The notes under the pieces: model-generated
The model's input: only the letters and a program-made list of their open reading frames with translations
Database searches by the model: none
What the model was told of the DNA's origin: nothing
Translations under genes and position numbers: made by a program
Assembly: GCA_902706205.1 (NCBI GenBank)
Contig: CACSKA010000008.1
Coordinates: 77,923 to 101,922 of the forward strand
Direction: 5' to 3'
Length of the DNA stretch: 24,000 nt
Source of the DNA: Chryseobacterium sp. 18061
GTDB lineage: Bacteria; Pseudomonadota; Gammaproteobacteria; Enterobacterales; Enterobacteriaceae
Shown here: positions 8,049-24,000 of the stretch, piece by piece
How positions within the stretch are numbered: position 1 is the stretch's first letter
How the letters are laid out: each line of letters opens with the position of its first letter

Positions 8049-9029
8049 ATGAACAAACCCATTAAACGGCTGGAAATCATTAAAAATGCGATTGAGCTGG
8101 AGGACGATGAGATTGTCCACGGCCAGCTTGCGCAGCTAAAAAAAGAGCGGCTGGATGAGGGGCTAGAGGCCATCGTGCAGGCGCTTGAGGCCCGACGCTA
8201 TGCGGATGCTATCGCTGCCATCACCGTCTGGTTGCAGAACCAGCGGGCGCTGGCCACCTGGCAAGACCCGCGCATTTCTGCCAGTAAGCTCGAATTGAAA
8301 ACTCTGGAAGCCGAATTGCAGGAATTGCTCGATCGGCGTACCGCACGCACTCAGCGGCTGGATGAATTCAACGAGTTGTACATGACCCGTCTCGGTCCGC
8401 TGATGACCGAGATCCTGCGTTTACGGAAAGTGCTGGCCGAGAAAATGCTGCGCCGACAGCTGCGCGAGGGCAACCGCAGCGAACCGGTGGCCGAGGAATC
8501 CGCGCGTCAGGCCGATGCCGCCAGCCAGGATTATGAGTCGTATCGCCAACGCCATCAGGAAGCCCAGCGTCACCAGGCCGCTCAGCAGCGGCTGGCAGAA
8601 TCGGAGCGTCATGAGCTGAAACGTCTTTGGCGACAGGCCAGTAAACTGTGCCATCCCGACCTGGTGGATGATTCGCTGAAAGTGGAGGCCAACACACTGA
8701 TGGTGCGGCTCAATCAGGCCCGTCAGCGCGGGGAACTCGCCACGGTGCGCAGTATTCTTACCCGTCTGATGCAGGGTCAGCAGCCAATGATGGCCAGCAG
8801 TCGTTTGAACGATCTTGAGCCTTTACGCCTGAAGATAGTCGAGATTCGATTGCAAATTCGCACGCTAAATCTGGAACTAACTGGGCTGGAGAAAGAGGGC
8901 GCATGGCAACTGGTGACGACGCTTCGCGACCAGGAAGGGTATTTTCAGCAGCAGGAAAAAGCGATGAGCAATACCGTTCGTACGCTGGAAAAACAGATTG
9001 TGGATGTGGGTTTTGATGAGGTGGCGTGA
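8049..9029 (+). CDS. Coiled-coil protein with an internal J-domain (HPD motif); function unknown
   Basis: 326 aa. Residues ~188-240 read ELKRLWRQASKLCHPDLVDDSLKVEANTLMVRLNQARQRGELATVRSILTRL. This matches J-domain helix II, the HPD loop (aa 202-204, nt 8652-8660) and helix III. The flanks are heptad-like and rich in E/Q/R/L. There is no signal peptide or TM segment. Confidence 0.7.
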   Translation: MNKPIKRLEIIKNAIELEDDEIVHGQLAQLKKERLDEGLEAIVQALEARRYADAIAAITVWLQNQRALATWQDPRISASKLELKTLEAELQELLDRRTARTQRLDEFNELYMTRLGPLMTEILRLRKVLAEKMLRRQLREGNRSEPVAEESARQADAASQDYESYRQRHQEAQRHQAAQQRLAESERHELKRLWRQASKLCHPDLVDDSLKVEANTLMVRLNQARQRGELATVRSILTRLMQGQQPMMASSRLNDLEPLRLKIVEIRLQIRTLNLELTGLEKEGAWQLVTTLRDQEGYFQQQEKAMSNTVRTLEKQIVDVGFDEVA

Positions 9030-9036
9030 GGGTCAC

Positions 9037-9085
9037 CTTTTCCCCTCACCCTAACCCTCTCCCCATAGGGGCGAGGGGGAAAAAA
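9037..9085. repeat. GC-rich intergenic palindromic repeat (boxC-like), copy 2
   Basis: Sequence ttttcccctcaccctaaccctctccccataggggcgagggggaaaaaa, with stem ccctctcccc (9055-9064) / ggggcgaggg (9068-9077) and one mismatch. It has the same orientation as copy 1 and lies between the convergent J-domain gene and yqjH. Confidence 0.6.
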
Positions 9086-9089
9086 TAAC

Positions 9090-9860
9090 CTACTTCTTAT
9101 GCCAATACGCCTGCGAGCGCAGCAGTTGCGGGTCAATCGCGTCGGTCACAAAGCCATCCAGCCATGATTTCACTCCCGCGCCTTCGCCAGTCAACCAGAG
9201 GAAATAATCTTCCTGCGGCACATTCAACGCCGCGAGCTTCTCCGCCACCGCCTGCTCGCTGTGACCAACGACCCAGTCGATTTCAAACCCGCAATCAGCC
9301 AGATAATCCTGATACGCCGCATTGGCGACGGTCACAATGGCTTTCACCTGCGGACGTTCCGGCAGTTCACGCAACGCGGTTAAACGACGCAGCAACGCAG
9401 GCATACCCGATTCATCGCACACATACAGCTGCCAGGCATAATCTTCCGGCACCACCAGCGATCCGCGCGGGCCGCCGATCGTCAGCGTGTCGCCGACCTT
9501 CGCCTTCATCGCCCACTGGCTGGCAAGACCGCCGTCGTGAATGAAGAAATCGTACACCAGCTCGTGGCGTTCGGCGTTGTACAGCGGCGTGTAGTCGCGT
9601 GACTGCGGGCGTACACCTTCGCCCCAGACAATGCCTTCCTCGGTGATTGTCGGCGGTGAAAAATGGCTGCCCGACTCCGGGAAAAACAGCTTGGTGTGAT
9701 CGTCAAAACCGGCAGAGGTGAAACCCTCCAGCGCCTCGCCTCCCAGCACAATACGCTGGAACGCCTGACTGATGCGCTCCACGCGCAGGACGGTCAACTC
9801 GCGAAAACGCAGCTCATTGCGCACGCGCTGCGGGTATTTTTTTGGGATAGATAGGGTCAT
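9090..9860 (-). CDS. yqjH: NADPH-dependent ferric-siderophore reductase (siderophore-interacting protein family)
   Basis: 256 aa. KYPQRVRNELRFRELTVLRVERISQAFQRIVLGGEALEGFTS...YVCDESGMPAL...AYWHKK is near-collinear with E. coli YqjH (NfeF) as I recall it. It is divergent from yqjI. Confidence 0.9.
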   Translation of the reverse strand: MTLSIPKKYPQRVRNELRFRELTVLRVERISQAFQRIVLGGEALEGFTSAGFDDHTKLFFPESGSHFSPPTITEEGIVWGEGVRPQSRDYTPLYNAERHELVYDFFIHDGGLASQWAMKAKVGDTLTIGGPRGSLVVPEDYAWQLYVCDESGMPALLRRLTALRELPERPQVKAIVTVANAAYQDYLADCGFEIDWVVGHSEQAVAEKLAALNVPQEDYFLWLTGEGAGVKSWLDGFVTDAIDPQLLRSQAYWHKK

Positions 9861-9884
9861 TGGAAACCTTCATTAATGATAAAC

Positions 9885-9968
9885 AGATATATCTAAACTC
9901 AATGCAAATGATAATGATTGTTAACTGGAGGGAATGCAAGCGCTTTATGATACAGTTTAGATATATCT
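9885..9968. promoter_or_regulatory. 15-bp perfect inverted repeat pair (candidate YqjI operator sites) flanking the Fur box
   Basis: AGATATATCTAAACT at 9885-9899 and its exact reverse complement AGTTTAGATATATCT at 9954-9968. Each contains the internal palindrome AGATATATCT. The first is 25 bp from the yqjH ATG and the second is 17 bp from the yqjI ATG. Confidence 0.5.
9904..9922. promoter_or_regulatory. Fur box
   Basis: gcaaatgataatgattgtt matches GATAATGATAATCATTATC at 14/19 (hand count). It lies in the yqjH/yqjI divergent promoter region. E. coli yqjH is known to be Fur-regulated. Confidence 0.6.
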
Positions 9969-9984
9969 TTTTTGAGGTGGCCCT

Positions 9985-10518
9985 ATGCAACATCATCATC
10001 CCTATCAACATCGTCACGACGACGAACACGGCTTTGGCGGCAGCAGCGGGCGACGTCAACGCTTTTTCGGCCACGGCGAATTGCGCCTGGTGGTGCTCGA
10101 TATCCTGACCCGCCACGCCAGCCACGGTTATGAGCTGATTAAAGCGATAGAGACACTGACCCACGGCGGCTATATCCCCAGCCCAGGCGTGATTTATCCG
10201 ACACTGGATTTACTTCAGGATCAGGGGCTTATCACCGTTGACGTAGCCGACGGCGGACGTAAAAAAATCGCCATTACCGTGGAAGGTAGCCAGTGGTTAA
10301 ATGAGAACCGGACACAACTCGACCACGTGCTGGCCCGACTGAAACAACGTAGTGTCGGGCATGCTCTGCGCAAAGACCCGCAGATGAAACGCGCCATCGA
10401 GAACTTTAAAGCCGCGCTGGATTTAAAAGTGAACCAGCAGGAAATCAGTGACGCGCAGCTGAAAAAAATCATCGGGATCATCGACCGCGCGGCCCTGGAT
10501 ATCACTCAACTGGATTAA
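9985..10518 (+). CDS. yqjI: PadR-family metal-responsive repressor of yqjH
   Basis: 177 aa with a His-rich N-terminus (MQHHHPYQHRHDDEH). It continues RRQRFFGHGELRLVVLDIL...HGYELIKAIE...PSPGVIYPTLDLLQDQGLI and ends IIDRAALDITQLD, collinear with E. coli YqjI (NfeR). Shine-Dalgarno gaggtgg. Confidence 0.9.
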   Translation: MQHHHPYQHRHDDEHGFGGSSGRRQRFFGHGELRLVVLDILTRHASHGYELIKAIETLTHGGYIPSPGVIYPTLDLLQDQGLITVDVADGGRKKIAITVEGSQWLNENRTQLDHVLARLKQRSVGHALRKDPQMKRAIENFKAALDLKVNQQEISDAQLKKIIGIIDRAALDITQLD

Positions 10519-10632
10519 TGCCTTTCGTCGCCCACGTAGGGGTGACAGCCGCTGACCATCACAAACAGTATATTGCCGCGAGTAATGTGGTTTCGCCGAT
10601 GGTTGTGTTTCCTCCCTGTTTTGGCCGGGCCT

Positions 10633-10661
10633 CATGCTGGTGCAACGACTGCACCAGCATG
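10633..10661. repeat. Perfect 12-bp-stem hairpin in the yqjI-patA spacer
   Basis: catgctggtgca (10633-10644), loop acgac, tgcaccagcatg (10650-10661). There is no flanking T-tract on either strand, so it is not a canonical terminator. Confidence 0.5.
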
Positions 10662-10802
10662 ATCCACCTGTTCAATAAAATGAACGTTCTGGTCCTGAAA
10701 GCTCAGGAGTAAAAACCGCCGAAATGTTATGGGAATGATTAAATTTTGTAACCAGAGGCTCCGCACAGGCGTTTATCCTGATTTTTGCGTTCCACTCCTG
10801 GC

Positions 10803-12244
<1,442 letters not shown>

Positions 12245-12264
12245 AGATAATTGCGTAAATCATT

Positions 12265-12337
12265 GCCCGGCGGCACTTCGTTTGTACGGGCCTACGACTC
12301 AGTGTTTGTAGGCCAGGTAAGCGCAGCGCCATCGGGC
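12265..12337. repeat. REP pair (BIME) between convergent patA and ygjH
   Basis: gcccggcggcacttcgtttgtacgggcctac (12265-12295) and the inverted gtaggccaggtaagcgcagcgccatcgggc (12308-12337). This is the typical enterobacterial REP form GCC(C/G)G...CGGGCCTAC. Confidence 0.75.
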
Positions 12338-12341
12338 ATGT

Positions 12342-12677
<336 letters not shown>

Positions 12678-12682
12678 TCACT

Positions 12683-13793
<1,111 letters not shown>

Positions 13794-13803
13794 ACCTGTC
13801 ACC

Positions 13804-13924
13804 TTACCCGGTGGCGCAACGCTTACCGGGCCTGCCCAATCCCTGTTGTTCCCTGCCCGATGGCGCTGCGCTGACTGGACCTACGTGGGATCGGCAGGCC
13901 CGGCAAACAACGTGCCGCCGGGCA
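13804..13924. repeat. REP cluster (three REP units, BIME-like) downstream of ebgR
   Basis: ttacccggtggcgcaacgcttaccgggcctgc (13804-13835), tgcccgatggcgctgcgctgactggacctacg (13854-13885) and the inverted ggcaggcccggcaaacaacgtgccgccgggca (13893-13924). Confidence 0.75.
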
Positions 13925-13992
13925 TTTTCCCCCACCGTCGAATCCGCTTATTTTCGTGATCAACTTAACCCATTTCGGTTTTACTGATTTTA

Positions 13993-14013
13993 TTTAGTAA
14001 AATATTTACTAAA
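13993..14013. promoter_or_regulatory. Perfect 21-bp palindrome, putative EbgR operator
   Basis: TTTAGTAAA-ATA-TTTACTAAA has 9-bp arms that are exact reverse complements. It lies 39-59 bp upstream of the ebgA ATG. Its AT-rich core overlaps -10-like hexamers. Confidence 0.65.
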
Positions 14014-14027
14014 CTCCCCGACAATGA

Positions 14028-19095
<5,068 letters not shown>

Positions 19096-19098
19096 TAA

Positions 19099-22541
<3,443 letters not shown>

Positions 22542-22549
22542 TCTTTATC

Positions 22550-22624
22550 GCCCGGTGGCGCTGCGCTTCCCGGGCCTACGACGCACTCTGTTGTAGGCCG
22601 GTACGCGTTCGCACCAGCGGGCGT
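22550..22624. repeat. REP pair (BIME) immediately after ygjK
   Basis: gcccggtggcgctgcgcttcccgggcctacg (22550-22580) and the inverted gtaggccggtacgcgttcgcaccagcgggcg (22594-22624). Confidence 0.75.
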
Positions 22625-22728
22625 CTCGTTTTTAGCGCACGACCTTTTCGGCTTCCCAACGTGGCGCTTTCATATCTGCCGCGAACATCCTCCGCTTTGC
22701 GAAAGGAGCAGACATTCCATGATTAATA

Positions 22729-23277
22729 TCAGCAGCCCTGACGAGCATTCCATTCGTCACGGGTGATTTCCCACAGCTCAGAATCCAGAGTACCACTGAC
22801 ATACTCTTTTTTTTCTGTCCTGACGAGCCGCATGCCGCTATCGACTGAAATACGCCTGGAACTGCTATTGAGGGAGGCTTTCGGCGCACGCAACAGGGGC
22901 TTATTCAGCGTATTAAACCAGTAATGAGTCGCCACAATACTGGCCTCACGCATGTAACCCTGCCCCTGATATTCAGGTGCTAGCCAGAATCCACGGTTAT
23001 TATCCTCAACGTCATAAAGACAGATCAGGCCCATCAGGTCGTCAGGCGCCTCACGACGTCTGATAGTCCAAAACCAGGCAATCCCTTTTGCCATATCCGG
23101 CAGGGCTACGTTATTGACATAATTCTCAGCACCGTTATCAGGATAGGGCCATGGTACAGAGGCGACCATATAGCGAACTATCTCCCAGCGCGGGTAGAGC
23201 TTCTGAATCTGAATAGCATCTTCTGCGATCAGCGGTTTAAGTAACAGGCGTTCTGTGATGAGCGTGGTCATTGTCAT
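22729..23277 (-). CDS. GNAT-family N-acetyltransferase (RimJ/RimL-like)
   Basis: 182 aa. The N-terminal TERLLLKPLIAEDA motif, and RGFWLAPEYQGQGYMREA in the acetyl-CoA binding region, are typical of the Acetyltransf_3/RimJ-like subgroup. Confidence 0.8.
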   Translation of the reverse strand: MTMTTLITERLLLKPLIAEDAIQIQKLYPRWEIVRYMVASVPWPYPDNGAENYVNNVALPDMAKGIAWFWTIRRREAPDDLMGLICLYDVEDNNRGFWLAPEYQGQGYMREASIVATHYWFNTLNKPLLRAPKASLNSSSRRISVDSGMRLVRTEKKEYVSGTLDSELWEITRDEWNARQGC

Positions 23278-23541
23278 CTCTCAATTTCCTTATGCTTATT
23301 CCAGTGTTTTCAGACAGTGATTAAGATCTCTCTTTTGGTAAAACTGGTTTCTTAATTTTGTTTTTAAACTATTTGCTTGAGTTACACCAGCATACGCATT
23401 AATTCATTATAGGGTTCAATAGGTTAGCGCCAAGAACTCACAATAATTAATGTAGTAAGAGAGTAGCAACTTCCACCTCTGACACGAGCTTCCTTGCAAG
23501 ACCCCGTGGCCGCTCTGCACAAGGTGCGATAGGCATAAATG

Positions 23542-23829
23542 TTATGGCTGTTTTTTTCGAAAAAGATAATCTGCAATTGCCGTCAGAACGCCTATAAGCG
23601 GCATTGCGCCAGCACCAGATAAGAAGTTACGCTGATCTATCCGGTTTTCTCTGCGGATCTCAGCAAAGCGTTTAAGCGCGAGGGGTTTAGTGGTAGCGCT
23701 GATTTCTTCAAACTGCTTTTCATAACCCTGGTCACATAACAAAGCGGCTTCTTCCACATCCGATTTTTCCAGCGAAACTATTTTTTCCCCTTTTTTATAG
23801 AAACAGTAATCAGGCATCTGCTTATCCAT
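23542..23829 (-). CDS. Hypothetical 95-aa protein with a C-terminal hydrophobic helix (tail-anchored?)
   Basis: ORF only. It has an acidic/amphipathic N-terminal ~70 aa, then GAGAMPLIGVLTAIADYLF followed by RKKQP. There is no recognisable Shine-Dalgarno, the context is AT-rich, and I recognise no family. Confidence 0.4.
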   Translation of the reverse strand: MDKQMPDYCFYKKGEKIVSLEKSDVEEAALLCDQGYEKQFEEISATTKPLALKRFAEIRRENRIDQRNFLSGAGAMPLIGVLTAIADYLFRKKQP

Positions 23830-23953
23830 TTTGAAAGAAATTGATAATCAATATAGCTGTATAGCCTTAATTTTGTACATGCCGATAATTCTGTGGCATG
23901 GAATAAAGAGGGTTATTCGGCGTACCCCATTTGCTGCAGTCACCGTGCGTATT

Positions 23954-24000
23954 TTCTCGTGAGATGCGGCGCATTTGTCTATGTTGTATAAAGATTTTTT
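23954..24000 (+). pseudogene. Degenerate duplicate of the ygjK 3' terminus (gene fragment, runs off the window)
   Basis: tttctcgtgagatgcggcgcatttgtctatgttgtataaagatttttt aligns without gaps to ygjK 22481-22528 at ~40/48 identities (hand count). In the ygjK frame it reads F S stop D A A H L S M L Y K D F, versus [15 protein letters not shown]. Confidence 0.6.

Noticed and set aside
22632-22889. An 85-aa minus-strand ORF overlapping the GNAT 3' end, and a 15-codon plus-strand ORF at 22719-22766 preceded by AGGAG.
   Set aside because: The 85-aa ORF is out of frame within the better-supported GNAT gene and has low-complexity sequence. The mini-ORF has a 10-nt Shine-Dalgarno spacing, lies antisense to the GNAT C-terminus, and has no supporting signal.
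22729-23829. The GNAT gene plus the upstream small ORF as a GNAT-type toxin-antitoxin pair (TacT/AtaT-like).
   Set aside because: The acetyltransferase has the RimJ/RimL-like N-terminal motif (TERLLLKPL) rather than looking like a tRNA-acetylating toxin. The small ORF has a membrane helix and no RHH/DUF1778-like features. The genes are separated by 264 bp instead of being overlapped or coupled.

Overview
Enterobacterial chromosomal window with no rRNA, tRNA, CRISPR, IS, transposase or integrase. From about 9.1 kb to 22.5 kb, gene content and order match my recollection of the E. coli K-12 segment yqjH-yqjI-(aer)-patA-ygjH-ebgR-ebgAC-ygjIJK. The aer gene is missing: only 319 bp separate yqjI and patA. 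Divergence from E. coli and the REP type suggest a Citrobacter/Salmonella-like relative, but the taxon cannot be fixed from sequence alone. The left 9 kb, all on the minus strand except the last gene, carries envelope and transport modules. These are the 5' part of an mdtN-like HlyD-family gene preceded by ytcA, the copper/thiol-redox cluster scsABCD, and a second metNIQ-like ABC importer with four tandem MetJ boxes at its 5' end. The last gene is a plus-strand orphan encoding a coiled-coil protein with an internal J-domain (HPD motif). Regulatory DNA readable by eye includes: (a) a Fur box flanked by a 15-bp inverted repeat in the yqjH/yqjI divergent region; (b) a sigma54 -24/-12 element before patA; (c) a perfect 21-bp palindrome (putative EbgR operator) before ebgA. 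There are also REP/BIME clusters in three intergenic regions and two boxC-like GC-rich palindromic repeats. I found no convincing new multi-gene system such as a defence island. The four observations most worth follow-up: (1) a degenerate second copy of the last ~16 codons of ygjK at the right window edge, bracketing a ~1.4 kb islet with a GNAT gene, an AT-rich tract and an orphan 95-aa gene; this looks like an insertion scar; (2) the orphan J-domain protein, with a near-consensus promoter and a structured 5' UTR; (3) the tightly packed ebgAC-ygjIJK unit, whose physiological substrate is unknown and whose gene mix suggests a glycosylated amino-acid substrate; (4) a possible decayed aer remnant. 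All motif matches and identities were counted by hand and no database search was possible.
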